From positions 22,276 through 86,275 of the forward strand of contig CAZFAP010000002.1 in the NCBI GenBank assembly GCA_964516325.1: 64,000 bases of DNA, read 5' to 3'. This DNA comes from an uncultured Verrucomicrobiota bacterium. GTDB taxonomy: Bacteria; Auribacterota; JABMQX01. Shown piece by piece: positions 8,699-19,207 of this stretch. Under the pieces are notes generated by a model, which made no database searches, was not told the origin of the DNA, and worked only from the letters and a program-made list of their open reading frames with translations. The position numbers and the translations under genes were made by a program. Each line of letters starts with the position of its first letter. Position 1 is the stretch's first letter.

Positions 8699-10960
8699 TC
8701 AAGTACCCCCCTTGACTCGCATGCGAATCCCGTAGAGCCCTTTGCTGGCGGTGATGAAGAGCGTGCCTCGGTCTTTCCCCCCGAAGCACACATTCGCCGT
8801 CCACGGTTCCGCAACGTCAATCTGCTCGATCTTATTCCCCTTGCTGTCGAAAACCGACACACCCCGGCCAGTCAGATACACGTTCCCCTCATTATCAATC
8901 GTCATGCCATCGGAGCCCATCTCGCAGAAGAGTTTCTTGTTCGATAGCGTGCCATCCTGCTTGATGTCGTAAACGTGGGTCTTCCTGGCTCCAATGTCTG
9001 CCACGTACAGCTTTTTGCCGTCGGCCGTCCCGATAATTCCATTCGGCTGAACGAGATCGCCAGCAATCCGCGACAGCATTTTGTGGTCCGGGGAAAGATA
9101 GTACACACACTGCCCTTCTTGCTCCATCGGCCCACGCTTCCAGTACGGCCTCCTGTAAAGTGGATCGGTGAAGTATATCCCGCCATCCGGACGAACCCAC
9201 AGGTCGTTCGGTCCATTGAGCAGCTTGCCCTTATAGTCTTTGACGAGAACGGTTACGTTCCCCGCCGGGGTGATGGACCATAATTCATTGTTCTCGTCGG
9301 CGCAGGCGAGCAGATTGCCGTTTTTGTCGAAGTACAGGCCGTTCGAGCGTCCGCAGGGCTGGAGGAAAGTCGAAAGCTCGCCATCCACGCTCCATTTCAG
9401 AATCCGGTCGTTCGGCTGGTCGGTGAAGAAAACGTTGCCTGTGGCGTCCACGGCCGGCCCTTCCGTGAACTCAAACCCGCCAGCGAGCTTCTCGACCTTT
9501 GCGCCGGGTGCGACCACGCTTTGCTTCTCGGCGATGCTCTGCCCTGTTACCGTTACCAGTTCGATTCCGCCGCCGGTTTTCAAATTGCGGGAGTATTTCT
9601 TCTCGCTCAGATTGTTCCAATGCTCGTGAACGCCAAGGCTCGGCAGCCTCTTGACATTGTTCGGATGGTCAGGGTCGTAGAATGTGCCGGAAGGAGGATT
9701 GTCGGCTGACGCTGCCTCGCGCAGATAATCGTCCACTCCTTCTTTGCGCGAGTAATCGCTGTACTCCACATAGAGAAAATCGAAGCCGACCGAGTCTATG
9801 GCGACGGGGTCCTGCGAGGCGAAAAGGCTCGACGTCCAGTCGCCGTTGAAAGGAGAAGAGCTCCATTTCCTCGGTGCTTTATCTATCGGATGCACGCCTG
9901 AGTACAGTCCGTCAATCAGGTACAGCACCGTTTTCCCGCCGATGTGGGTATGCCCCATCAGATCCACCAAAGACCTGTATTTGCCCGTCCCACCGGAAAA
10001 ACCGCTTGCGTGCATGTCGTAATAACTCTTCTGGGCGGGCCACCTGACTAAGGAACCGTAGTGATTCTTGGCGCAGAGAGTCACGCCCGCGCCGGTGTGC
10101 GCCTTCAGGTTCGCCAGGTTAATCAAGTACTCGGCCTCGGCGAAGGAAGCGGGGACATAGTCCTGGAGGCATCCTTCCGGTCTGCAGCTCCAGTAGAGGG
10201 GAACCGAAGACGGTTTCATTTGGATTCGACCGAATTTCCCGGCGTAATCCATGTACTGAACGCCAGGAAACTCCTTGTGCAGAATGTCGTAGTATTCGTT
10301 GGCAAAATACGCCAGGCTATCGCAGAGGGAGATGTCGGATTGCTTGACGCCAACGGTTTCGACGAGCTGCCGCAGTAAGGCCAAAATCATCTGCGGCGAG
10401 GTGTTCATATAATCCCTCTGGCTCTCCAGATTGTAATTATCCGGGTTGACGCCACCGCCTCGCCAGATGAACCCGACAAAGTTTACCTTGATGACGACCT
10501 TCTCACCCGGCTTGTAGCCGACATCGCCTTTGCCGCGTTTCTTGTTGATGTATTTGAAAAGCTTATCCCAGGCAGCGGCGTTACTGCCTTCACCTGTCAG
10601 GTCCTGAATCGCGCGGGACACCATTTGGCCCACCGCCGCCTGACTCGTATGATTGGCTTCCCACCAGTGCCCGTCGCCGGGGCCTTTCCAGTCGGTCGCG
10701 TCGGGATCATGCACCCAAACGACACGACCGGGATTGATCCCCTGAGCAACTCCTACTGGTTGATTGGCGGGTTGCGATTCGGCCGACGCCGATCTGCCGC
10801 CGGAGGCGCTCATAGCCAGCCACATAGCCCCAGCGGCCAGAGCCATGCATACCAGAGGCGCTAAAAATCGCCTCCGCGCAAGGTTGAACTCCCTCTTTCT
10901 AAGATGGTTGCCAGTGTTCGCGTAAACTGACGATAGCAGTCTTTTTCTCGACGATCGCAT
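8699..10960 (-). CDS. Fusion protein: DUF362-type domain (N-terminal) + SMP-30/gluconolactonase/LRE-like beta-propeller (C-terminal), exported
   Basis: RR-containing N-terminus ARRRFLAPLVCMALAAGAMW. DUF362-like segments VVIKVNFVG and NLKAHTGAGVTLCAKNHYGSL. C-terminal half has SGL-type repeats (FTEGPAVDATGNVFFTD, NGL, PNDL). GGAGG RBS before the start. Confidence 0.55.
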   Translation of the reverse strand: MRSSRKRLLSSVYANTGNHLRKREFNLARRRFLAPLVCMALAAGAMWLAMSASGGRSASAESQPANQPVGVAQGINPGRVVWVHDPDATDWKGPGDGHWWEANHTSQAAVGQMVSRAIQDLTGEGSNAAAWDKLFKYINKKRGKGDVGYKPGEKVVIKVNFVGFIWRGGGVNPDNYNLESQRDYMNTSPQMILALLRQLVETVGVKQSDISLCDSLAYFANEYYDILHKEFPGVQYMDYAGKFGRIQMKPSSVPLYWSCRPEGCLQDYVPASFAEAEYLINLANLKAHTGAGVTLCAKNHYGSLVRWPAQKSYYDMHASGFSGGTGKYRSLVDLMGHTHIGGKTVLYLIDGLYSGVHPIDKAPRKWSSSPFNGDWTSSLFASQDPVAIDSVGFDFLYVEYSDYSRKEGVDDYLREAASADNPPSGTFYDPDHPNNVKRLPSLGVHEHWNNLSEKKYSRNLKTGGGIELVTVTGQSIAEKQSVVAPGAKVEKLAGGFEFTEGPAVDATGNVFFTDQPNDRILKWSVDGELSTFLQPCGRSNGLYFDKNGNLLACADENNELWSITPAGNVTVLVKDYKGKLLNGPNDLWVRPDGGIYFTDPLYRRPYWKRGPMEQEGQCVYYLSPDHKMLSRIAGDLVQPNGIIGTADGKKLYVADIGARKTHVYDIKQDGTLSNKKLFCEMGSDGMTIDNEGNVYLTGRGVSVFDSKGNKIEQIDVAEPWTANVCFGGKDRGTLFITASKGLYGIRMRVKGGT

Positions 10961-11208
10961 TTTTCGCCTCCACAGCCTTCGCCGCTATCTCTCGGCGGCC
11001 TTGATTTACAGCGCACAACGACTCATTCTTTTCGTTGTCCCTCATTCCGAAGAGCGGACGTTAGCCTATCATTTTTCAGGTTATCCTGCAATCGCCTATC
11101 CTCCGAATTGGGATTTGCCTCGGTCGCTGCGATGGCCTTAAACTGACAGAAACATCGAAAACATTGGCAGCCTTTTGCAGTGAGTGGCACGCAAGGAGCG
11201 TGCGAATT

Positions 11209-13362
11209 ATGGCAAAGTATTGGTCTCTTTGTTTGAGTGCTGCGGTCTTCGTGCTGGTTTGGCATCTCCGCTCGGCGTTTCCCGGAGAAGCAGTCGAGAT
11301 GAAGCCCTTCTGGATTGATTGGTCAAAAGCGCAAGAATCCGTGATTGACCTTTCATCATTTCTCGATGCTCCGGCGGGAAAGGATGGTTTCATCCGCGTC
11401 GAGAAGGACCATTTGGTTAAGCCCGACGGACGACGGTTTTGCGTCTGGGGGGTCAACGTGTGTGGGCCGCACTGCTTCCCACCGAAGGAAGAGGCGCCCG
11501 CGATTGCCGCGGACCTGGCGCAATACGGCGTCAACTGCGTCCGATTTCATCACATGGATTCCACCTGGGGCGGCATCTTCGATGCTGCCCGCGATGACAC
11601 GCTCCGGCTCAGTTCGGAGAAGTTGGACCGTCTCGATTTCTTCGTCGCGCAGTTGAAGAAGCGGGGCATTTACTCGAACCTCAATCTGAACGTTTCGCGG
11701 GAGTACAAGAAGGGGGACGGCGTCCGCGAGTATGCCATCCTCGGATATGCCAAGGGAGCGACGTACTTCAACGAGCGGTTAATCGAGCTGCAAAAGGAAT
11801 ACGCCCGGCAACTTCTTACTCACTACAATCCGTACACGCAATCCGAGTATCGGAACGAGCCAGCCGTCGGTGTCGTCGAGATGGTCAACGAGAATTCAGT
11901 GATAGAGGCGTGGGTCATGCATAGGCTGGTCGGCAAGGACGTCGAGAAGGGAGACGCGACCTGGGGACCGCTTCCTGTCTCGTACGCACAGGAGCTGACG
12001 GAGAAATACAACCAGTGGCTTGCGAGACGCTTCTCGCCGGAGCAGCTCAAACAACTTCGGGAAGGCGCCGGCATGAAAGAGGGGGAGCTCATACCGAGGT
12101 TGCAGCGACACGAATTTGCGAAGTCGCCGCGATTGAGATTTCACGCGGAAGCTGCGTTCCACATGGAGCTGGAAGAGCGCTTCTTCAAAGAGATGAAGAG
12201 GTTGTTGAAAGAAGAACTCGGAGTGAAATCGCTGCTGGTCGGAAGCGCGGACCACAATGACGGCATCAGCGGCTATCCCCACATCCGGGCGAACCTGCTG
12301 TTCGATATTGTTGACGGGCACGGATACTGGGAGCATCCGCGGTTCCAACCTTTTTGGATTCGGAATACCCCCATGGTGAATGACCCGTTTGATTCGACGG
12401 TCGTCCAGTTTGCGCGGACTCCCGTCGAGGGGCGACCGTTTACGATTTCCGAGACCAACCATCCCTTCCCGAACGAATACGTCTGCGAAGGAATCCCGAT
12501 TCTGACGGCGTACGCGCTTTTCTACGACTGGGACGGGATTTATTGGTTTGCCTATGGGCAGCCACGACTCACGTCGCAGGAAAGGAGGCCACTGCAGATT
12601 TTCGATTTCGGCAACGACCCGGTGAAAATGACGCAGCTCGCCGCGTGCGGGCTGATGTTTCATCGGCAGGACGTCCGCGAGGCCGAGAAGACCATCCTCC
12701 GAGCCTATTCACCCGACGACGTGATCGAGAGCATTCGCTTGCCACAGGAAGAGCGTCCGTTCTTCACCCCGGGATTCGCACGCTCGACGCCCCTTGAGCA
12801 TGCTACCCGCCTGACATTCGAGGGGAAGTCCACACTCCCGTTTCCGGAGCACACGTCGGGACCAGAGATTCGGTCCGATACCGGAGAGCTTGCGTGGTAT
12901 CACGACCCGGACAAGAAGGGGCTTGTAACCATCGAGACCAACAGGACACAGGCTCTCATCGGGTTCGTCAAATACCGGGGAAAGGCTCTGCAAAATCTTT
13001 CCGTGCAGGTCAACAACGATTTCTGCGCCATCCTGTGCACTTCCCTCGACGGAGAGCCCATTCCGAAATCAAGTCGGCTGCTGTTGTCAGCGACGGCTCG
13101 CGTCGCCAACACGGGAATAGAGTGGGACGAGAAACGGCAGACGCTCCCGCAGTGGGGGACGTATCCGCCGACGATTGAGCCGGTAACCGGGACGGTGCTG
13201 CTGCGCGGCCTGGGCGACGCCAAGAACATCGAGGTGCAGCCGCTCAGTATGGAAGGCCGAGTGCTGGAGCCAAAGGTCACGGCGGCACGCAAGGGTGACG
13301 AATGGCGCATCCCTGTCGGCGAGCCGACAACTCTCTGGTACCTGGTCAAGGTTGCGCGATAG
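11209..13362 (+). CDS. Glycoside hydrolase family 5-like (cellulase-superfamily) enzyme with C-terminal extension, secreted
   Basis: Signal peptide MAKYWSLCLSAAVFVLVW. GH5-like VNCVRFHHMD and catalytic NE motif (EMVNENS). AAGGAG RBS 10 nt before the ATG at 11209 (the track start at 11164 is a TTG). Confidence 0.6.
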   Translation: MAKYWSLCLSAAVFVLVWHLRSAFPGEAVEMKPFWIDWSKAQESVIDLSSFLDAPAGKDGFIRVEKDHLVKPDGRRFCVWGVNVCGPHCFPPKEEAPAIAADLAQYGVNCVRFHHMDSTWGGIFDAARDDTLRLSSEKLDRLDFFVAQLKKRGIYSNLNLNVSREYKKGDGVREYAILGYAKGATYFNERLIELQKEYARQLLTHYNPYTQSEYRNEPAVGVVEMVNENSVIEAWVMHRLVGKDVEKGDATWGPLPVSYAQELTEKYNQWLARRFSPEQLKQLREGAGMKEGELIPRLQRHEFAKSPRLRFHAEAAFHMELEERFFKEMKRLLKEELGVKSLLVGSADHNDGISGYPHIRANLLFDIVDGHGYWEHPRFQPFWIRNTPMVNDPFDSTVVQFARTPVEGRPFTISETNHPFPNEYVCEGIPILTAYALFYDWDGIYWFAYGQPRLTSQERRPLQIFDFGNDPVKMTQLAACGLMFHRQDVREAEKTILRAYSPDDVIESIRLPQEERPFFTPGFARSTPLEHATRLTFEGKSTLPFPEHTSGPEIRSDTGELAWYHDPDKKGLVTIETNRTQALIGFVKYRGKALQNLSVQVNNDFCAILCTSLDGEPIPKSSRLLLSATARVANTGIEWDEKRQTLPQWGTYPPTIEPVTGTVLLRGLGDAKNIEVQPLSMEGRVLEPKVTAARKGDEWRIPVGEPTTLWYLVKVAR

Positions 13363-13423
13363 GCGGGTGTCTCTCGTGCGAAGAACTTGAAACCCAATGA
13401 AGACCGGTAGGAGCTATTCGCAA

Positions 13424-14839
13424 ATGAGAACGCTCACTGCATTTACCGCGATTGTCATGACGCTCGGCGTGTCCGCCGCCGTGTTCTTCACAACCGGGGC
13501 GTTTGGGGGCGATTCCGACGGCGGACGGGTTGTTTATCCTCTGAAAATCAGCGAAAACAAACGGTACCTCGTTGACCAGAAGAACAAACGGTTCCTCTAT
13601 CACGCGGACACGGGGTGGCTGCTCTTCCACAAGCTCACGCAAGAGGAGGTCGAGGAATATCTCGAGAACCGACGGGAGAAAGGTTTTAACACAATTCAGG
13701 TGCAACTCCTCGGGTGGCAAACCGACCTCACGAACCGCGAGGGGCATCATCCGCTGGCGGTTCAGAACGACCTGTCCAAACCGAACGAAGTTTTCTTCGC
13801 GCACATGGACTGGGTGATTCGCAAAGCGGGCGAGAAGGAAATTCAATTGACCATTGCGCCGGCGTGGCTCGGCAGCGGGAAGAGCGGCTGGAAGGACATC
13901 ATGAAAGCGAATGGGCCTGAGAAGTGTCGCGAATTCGGTCGCTACCTCGGACGCCGTTACAGGGATTTCCCGAACATTATGTGGTTGATGAGCGGCGACC
14001 GCGACCCGGGCGAATACAGGCAGGTGGTGAACGCGCTCGCCGAGGGAATTAAAGAGACAGACCCGAGCCATCTGATGACCGCTCACGCCGGCTCGCCCAT
14101 GTCCGCCACACAACAGTACCCCACCGAGAGCTGGCTCGACGTCAACACGACGTACTCCTACTCGCCAAACATCACCAGCGTGGGGCGACCGCAGTTCCAC
14201 GTCTATGCGGCATCGCTCGCGGACTACAATCGCACACGGGGCAAGCCCTTTTTCCTCGTCGAGAGCACCTACGAAAACGAGCGCAACTCGAAGCCGCAAT
14301 GGATCAGGCGACAGGCGTACTGGTGCATTCTCAGCGGCTCGACGGGACAAGCAATTGGAAATCACCCGATCTACGAGTTCGCCCCGGGATGGCAGAAGGA
14401 GATGGAGAATCACGCCTCGCGGGATATGGCGCGGCTCTACCGATTGTTCAGCAGCCGCGAATGGCATAAGCTCGTGCCCGACCAGAAACATGAGGTTCTC
14501 GTCGCGGGTTATGGCACGTTTGACGGCGCGGCGAACAAGAATGAGAATCACGTTGCGGGATTTGATTGCGTCACCGCGGCGGTTGCCAGTGACGGCAGTC
14601 TCCTCATTGCCTATGTCCCCACTGTGCGAACCGTCGCTGTGGACATAAGTAAACTCTCCGGCAAAATAACCGCAAGCTGGTTTGATCCGACGAGCGGCGA
14701 ATATCTTCCCGTCCCCGGCACACCATCCGAGAACATCGGCAAGCGAGAGTTTACCCCGCCGAGCAAGAACGCCTCCGGCGATGAGGATTGGGTTCTCGTG
14801 ATTGAGGGAACCTCCGGAAGCTCTCCCGTTGCGAACTGA
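13424..14839 (+). CDS. DUF4038-type glycosidase-like protein (GH140-related fold), secreted
   Basis: Signal peptide MRTLTAFTAIVMTLGVSAA. DUF4038-like N-terminus (YLVDQKNKRFLYHADTGWLLF ... REKGFNTIQVQLLG). AGGAG RBS before the ATG at 13424. Confidence 0.5.
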   Translation: MRTLTAFTAIVMTLGVSAAVFFTTGAFGGDSDGGRVVYPLKISENKRYLVDQKNKRFLYHADTGWLLFHKLTQEEVEEYLENRREKGFNTIQVQLLGWQTDLTNREGHHPLAVQNDLSKPNEVFFAHMDWVIRKAGEKEIQLTIAPAWLGSGKSGWKDIMKANGPEKCREFGRYLGRRYRDFPNIMWLMSGDRDPGEYRQVVNALAEGIKETDPSHLMTAHAGSPMSATQQYPTESWLDVNTTYSYSPNITSVGRPQFHVYAASLADYNRTRGKPFFLVESTYENERNSKPQWIRRQAYWCILSGSTGQAIGNHPIYEFAPGWQKEMENHASRDMARLYRLFSSREWHKLVPDQKHEVLVAGYGTFDGAANKNENHVAGFDCVTAAVASDGSLLIAYVPTVRTVAVDISKLSGKITASWFDPTSGEYLPVPGTPSENIGKREFTPPSKNASGDEDWVLVIEGTSGSSPVAN

Positions 14840-14921
14840 GGGGCGGCGAGGCGCGGAAGAGGCCCGGGGTGGTCATCAGCGCGATGGCGAAGGCAACGGT
14901 CTCACGAAACAGGCGATTCCG

Positions 14922-16457
14922 TCACTCGAGTTCAGGGGGGACATTCCCGTAGGACCACGGCGCCTGAAAGGGTGGCGCCTTTGGCGCAGTGGGCAGTTTC
15001 CCGGGCGTCATTTGCCGAGCTAACTCGAGGGCTGACTCGACCATCTGCCGCCCCGCGGTGATTTCCAGATTGCTGTAGCTGGTCAATCTCGTTTCGTAAC
15101 CACCGCCACCTTTGCCAAAGGCCCCTTCGGTCGGAACGTAACCCACGCAGCCGTTGCCGAAGGTGACGGGGAAAGTGAACGGGAAGGGGCTTCTGGATTT
15201 CATATCGAGACCAAACTGGCAGAACATTTCTGCCGGGTTTGCCAGGAAGACCGCCGGACCAACCTGGATCGCCTGTATTTCCACATCTGCGACCGGCTCG
15301 TTGCGGAGCAACGCGTCGAGCAACACGATTTCCTTTGCGAACGTCCACTGCGTATGCCCGACCTCCTTGGGGTCCTTTTTGACCAAGTCGGTGCAGGCTC
15401 CGACGCGTTCCGGGTCAGGGGCACGCCGCTTGATGTGCAGGACGGTGGACCGGGCATCTACCGGAGTCAAATCCCCACGCTCGATGGACAGAATCACCTT
15501 CACCGCTTCGGCGCCGACGCGCCCACCGACGAGGTGAGCCCATCGTTCGCCTCCCAGAGAGGCGCGAGGGCTCAGGTTGTCCACCTGTGTCACGTCGCCG
15601 GAGGCGCCGGGGAGAAAGACGACTATGGCGTCTTGCCCCATGGCACCGCGAACGGTCTGCTCGATGTAATAAATGTAATTGGCGGATATACCTCCGGGGC
15701 TGGTCGTCGCATGGCATGCAAAGTTGACCACGCAGCCGAGAAATTTCCCGTTTCTGTCCCAGGCACCGACGACGCCGACCTCCGGGTCCGTCGAACCAGC
15801 AGGCTCTACGATGTCCGGATTCCCCTGTCCGGGGTGAGTATAGGTTAGACCATTCTTCATCCGAAACCGGCGGTTGAAAGCGACCCTGTCCTCGATTCCC
15901 TTCCCCACGCCGCAGAGAGCGCCCACGCGAGAGGCGTCCGCCTGATAAACCGCCGCCACAATTTGCTTCTCGACGTGGGCAACATAATCCGGGTCGGCAC
16001 AGGACGACTTTTCATAAGCGAGAGATTGGACCAACGGCGACGCATGATCGTATTCGCCGGGGAGAATCATGCCCGTCGGACCCGACGAATGGGAGTGGGA
16101 GGCAGCGATGAGAACGGCCTGCGGCGGAATCCCGCATTTCTCTCGGATTGCTTTGCGGGCTGCCTCGACGAGGGGCCGCCGTACAAGGAGGGCGTCCAGA
16201 CTCACTAACGCCACCTTTGTTTTGCCGTCGTCGAAGACCGCCGCTCGGACCTTGCAGGGATCGTGGACCGTTTGGTGATAGGCTTTGCCATATCCGCCCG
16301 GACACTCCATCCCCACTTTCGGCGTGATGTCGGCCTCAGCGAAACCTACCTTCATCGAAGGTGCGGTCGTCTCGGCGGCCGGCCGCCCGCCGAGGGGCTG
16401 TACGACAAGCAACAGCAAACAGATCAACCCTGCAGCAGCGCGATGGACCTTCTTCAT
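14922..16457 (-). CDS. Neutral/alkaline ceramidase-family hydrolase, secreted
   Basis: Signal peptide. Zinc-site signature LIAASHSHSSGPTG characteristic of the pfam04734 neutral ceramidase N-terminal domain. GGAG RBS before the ATG at 16457. Confidence 0.65.
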   Translation of the reverse strand: MKKVHRAAAGLICLLLLVVQPLGGRPAAETTAPSMKVGFAEADITPKVGMECPGGYGKAYHQTVHDPCKVRAAVFDDGKTKVALVSLDALLVRRPLVEAARKAIREKCGIPPQAVLIAASHSHSSGPTGMILPGEYDHASPLVQSLAYEKSSCADPDYVAHVEKQIVAAVYQADASRVGALCGVGKGIEDRVAFNRRFRMKNGLTYTHPGQGNPDIVEPAGSTDPEVGVVGAWDRNGKFLGCVVNFACHATTSPGGISANYIYYIEQTVRGAMGQDAIVVFLPGASGDVTQVDNLSPRASLGGERWAHLVGGRVGAEAVKVILSIERGDLTPVDARSTVLHIKRRAPDPERVGACTDLVKKDPKEVGHTQWTFAKEIVLLDALLRNEPVADVEIQAIQVGPAVFLANPAEMFCQFGLDMKSRSPFPFTFPVTFGNGCVGYVPTEGAFGKGGGGYETRLTSYSNLEITAGRQMVESALELARQMTPGKLPTAPKAPPFQAPWSYGNVPPELE

Positions 16458-16490
16458 CTCCAATCTCCTATGCCTACACGTCTCTCCCGT

Positions 16491-17870
16491 TCACCCACGC
16501 CCAACGGGCTTCGTCAGGGAACGAGGACGATTCTGCTCCCACATCTGCCAGCGATCAAACTCCGCTTTGCCGGGCATTGCCGTCGGGTAGATGCCGGTCG
16601 CTTCGGGCTTGACCGGCGGCTCGACATCCCAACCATAGCAAGGGAGAGCAAAGGACCGTTTGGATTCCATCGCCTTCTCCCACAGGACGGTTTGACCCGA
16701 ATAGGAAGCCATTTGGGCGACGATAGCAAGCATGGTGCTCAGGCACATGTAGTGGCCATCGTTGATCGGCTTGCCGGAACGAAGCGAGTCAAACAGCTCC
16801 TGGTGCTCGACGTCGTACATGTTGCCCTTGGGGGCTTCGTAATGCCAGGGTTTCTCTCCGTCGATCCGATAATCCAGCAGGTCGCACCACCCTTTCGTCC
16901 CCATGATGAAGTCGGAGGTGTCGTCATAGCAGTCGGGCATGTCGCGGGTCAGCCCGAAGACTCGCACACCGTTCGGGTACTCAAACACGACGGCTTGGTG
17001 GTCAAACTGATCGCCGTATTTTGGATCCAGGCAAACCTGCCGACCGCCCATGCCCCAGGCCTTGATGGGCGGCTTGTCGCCCAGAGCCCACGAGGCTTTG
17101 TCGAGGCTGTGAATCAACTGCTGAGCGGTCTGGTCGCCGGAGAGCCAGTTGAAGTGATACCAGTTGCGCATCTGATATTCCATTTCCGTCCACTCTGGCT
17201 GCCGTTCCCGTACGATGTAGGGTTGCGTGACGTACGTCTCCTGGATCGCCACGATTTCGCCGATAGCGCCGTCGAGCACTCGCTTCATCGTCTCGCGAAC
17301 GCCGGGGTCGTATCGCCAGCAAAGACCGGACACGATGCTCAAGCCTTTGTTTTTCGCCTCCTCAGATGCAGCCATGGACACTTTGAGTCCGGGGACGTCA
17401 ATGCCGTGCGGCTTCTCGCAAAAGACGTGCTTGCCAGCATCCACGCAAGCCTTGAGCATGACAGGATGGAAATGGGAAGCCGCGGCGAGGAGCACGACAT
17501 CTACACCGCTTTGGATCAAATCCTCGTAGGCATCGAAACCGACGAAGCACTGGTTGTCGTTCACCGCGACCTGGTCGGGCCTTCCTGCTTTCAATTGCCT
17601 GCGGCTGAGTTCCAACCTGTCGCGGAAGACGTCCGCCATGGCGACGAGCTGGATGTCCTTGCCCGCGTTCATGGCGTTGACGGCAGCACCGGTGCCACGA
17701 CCGCCGCAGCCAACAAGGCCGACCTTGATGGTCCCGCTGCCGGCGGCATGGGCGCCCCGTTCGACAGGGAACTGAGCAGCCAGTGCGCCCGTCGCCAGCA
17801 CGGCAGAAGTTTTCAGAAACTCTCGACGGGTGCTCCTGGGAACGTTCGGAGATACCTTCTTCTCCTTCAT
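16491..17870 (-). CDS. Gfo/Idh/MocA-family oxidoreductase, Tat-exported
   Basis: RSTRREFLKTSAVLATGALAA RR signal. VGLVGCGGRG and CEKP motifs. AGGAG RBS before MKEKK at 17870. Lies 34 nt downstream of the previous gene (operon). Confidence 0.8.
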   Translation of the reverse strand: MKEKKVSPNVPRSTRREFLKTSAVLATGALAAQFPVERGAHAAGSGTIKVGLVGCGGRGTGAAVNAMNAGKDIQLVAMADVFRDRLELSRRQLKAGRPDQVAVNDNQCFVGFDAYEDLIQSGVDVVLLAAASHFHPVMLKACVDAGKHVFCEKPHGIDVPGLKVSMAASEEAKNKGLSIVSGLCWRYDPGVRETMKRVLDGAIGEIVAIQETYVTQPYIVRERQPEWTEMEYQMRNWYHFNWLSGDQTAQQLIHSLDKASWALGDKPPIKAWGMGGRQVCLDPKYGDQFDHQAVVFEYPNGVRVFGLTRDMPDCYDDTSDFIMGTKGWCDLLDYRIDGEKPWHYEAPKGNMYDVEHQELFDSLRSGKPINDGHYMCLSTMLAIVAQMASYSGQTVLWEKAMESKRSFALPCYGWDVEPPVKPEATGIYPTAMPGKAEFDRWQMWEQNRPRSLTKPVGRG

Positions 17871-17904
17871 AATTGGGTGTCTCCTTGTCATATCCTTGCT
17901 TGGT

Positions 17905-19011
17905 TTAGGTTCGCTCTGTAACAGAAGTGGGACAACGAGTCGAATTGACCGAAACGCTCCTCGTTTGCACGTTCATCATGACTTTCTTCTTGTACGACGC
18001 ATAGGCTTTTTTGGTCAGTTCCAAGATGCGCAACGCGTTTTCCGCGTTATTGATCTCGGGCGGGCGACCGCGCAGGATGCAGTCGGCGAAATACTCACAC
18101 TCAGCCGTGTAAGGGTTCACCTTCGGGAAGGGGATACGTTGGAACCGGCGCTGGACGTCCTTGTTCTGCTGGGCGTCGTACCCCGCATCGCCGAGCCCGA
18201 AAATGCCTTCGAGCTTTCCGCCTTGACTTTGGCCAATCGTCCCCTCGCTGAGGATAGCTCCCTGTGACCCGTAAATTTCGAGGCGAGTGCGGCTCGCTTC
18301 GTCGGGGATGCAATAGAAACAATCCACGGTGGCGTGCGCGTGCGATTTGAACTCGAGGAGCGTCGTCGAGGCATCTTCTGATTTGTAGTTGTGAACGAGA
18401 TTGCCAGTCATGGCGACAACACGCCGAGCGGGCCCGGCGAAATACTCGAGGAGATCGTAGAGGTGCGTCGCCATGTCAATGAGCGCGCCTCCGCCGCTGG
18501 TCTTGGGGTCCTGCCGCCAGGCGCCTTCGACCGGCGGATACCAGCAGGACAACTGGGCACGCATGTAAACGATTTTCCCGAGGCGTCCCTGATCAATCAG
18601 CTCTCTGATCTTGGCGTGGGCGCCATGGAACTTCATCATGTAGCCCTCTTGCAGAAAAACTCGGCGCCGACGGCACGCGGCCACGGCGGCTTGAGCCTCT
18701 TTCAGGTTTCTTGCGAGGGGCTTCTCGCAAAGGACATGCTTGCGGGCTTCAGCAGCCATTTCGATTTGCCGAGCGTGACAATACACCGGGGAAGCGATAT
18801 AGACTGCCTCGACTTCGGGGTCGGCGAGCAAGTCCGCCTCCCGGGTGTAGGCCCTTGCAACACCGAATTGCTCGGCGATGCGCTCGATGTTCACCGGGTC
18901 CATGACCGCCACGAGCCGACAGTTCTTTGCCTTCAGCATCCCCGGCATCGTCTTGCGGTAGGCAATTCCCCCCGCGCCGATGACGCCGAAATTGACTCGT
19001 TTATCACGCAT
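17905..19011 (-). CDS. Gfo/Idh/MocA-family oxidoreductase (cytoplasmic, no signal)
   Basis: FGVIGAGGIAY Rossmann motif and CEKPLARN motif. No signal peptide. Confidence 0.8.
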   Translation of the reverse strand: MRDKRVNFGVIGAGGIAYRKTMPGMLKAKNCRLVAVMDPVNIERIAEQFGVARAYTREADLLADPEVEAVYIASPVYCHARQIEMAAEARKHVLCEKPLARNLKEAQAAVAACRRRRVFLQEGYMMKFHGAHAKIRELIDQGRLGKIVYMRAQLSCWYPPVEGAWRQDPKTSGGGALIDMATHLYDLLEYFAGPARRVVAMTGNLVHNYKSEDASTTLLEFKSHAHATVDCFYCIPDEASRTRLEIYGSQGAILSEGTIGQSQGGKLEGIFGLGDAGYDAQQNKDVQRRFQRIPFPKVNPYTAECEYFADCILRGRPPEINNAENALRILELTKKAYASYKKKVMMNVQTRSVSVNSTRCPTSVTERT

Positions 19012-19207
19012 AATCGAATCTCCAAATTGACTTCGTGACCATGAAAAGCGGTTCAGTCTTCGGGTTCGCGACTGGGGAATACTCTGACAGGATTTACAGG
19101 ATAACCAGGATGACCTCCTGAGTCTCCTCTATCCTGCACATCCTGTCATCCCGTCAGAAAACCGTTTCAGCGGGTTGGGTCTGCCGCCAGGTTTATGACT
19201 GTGTCTA

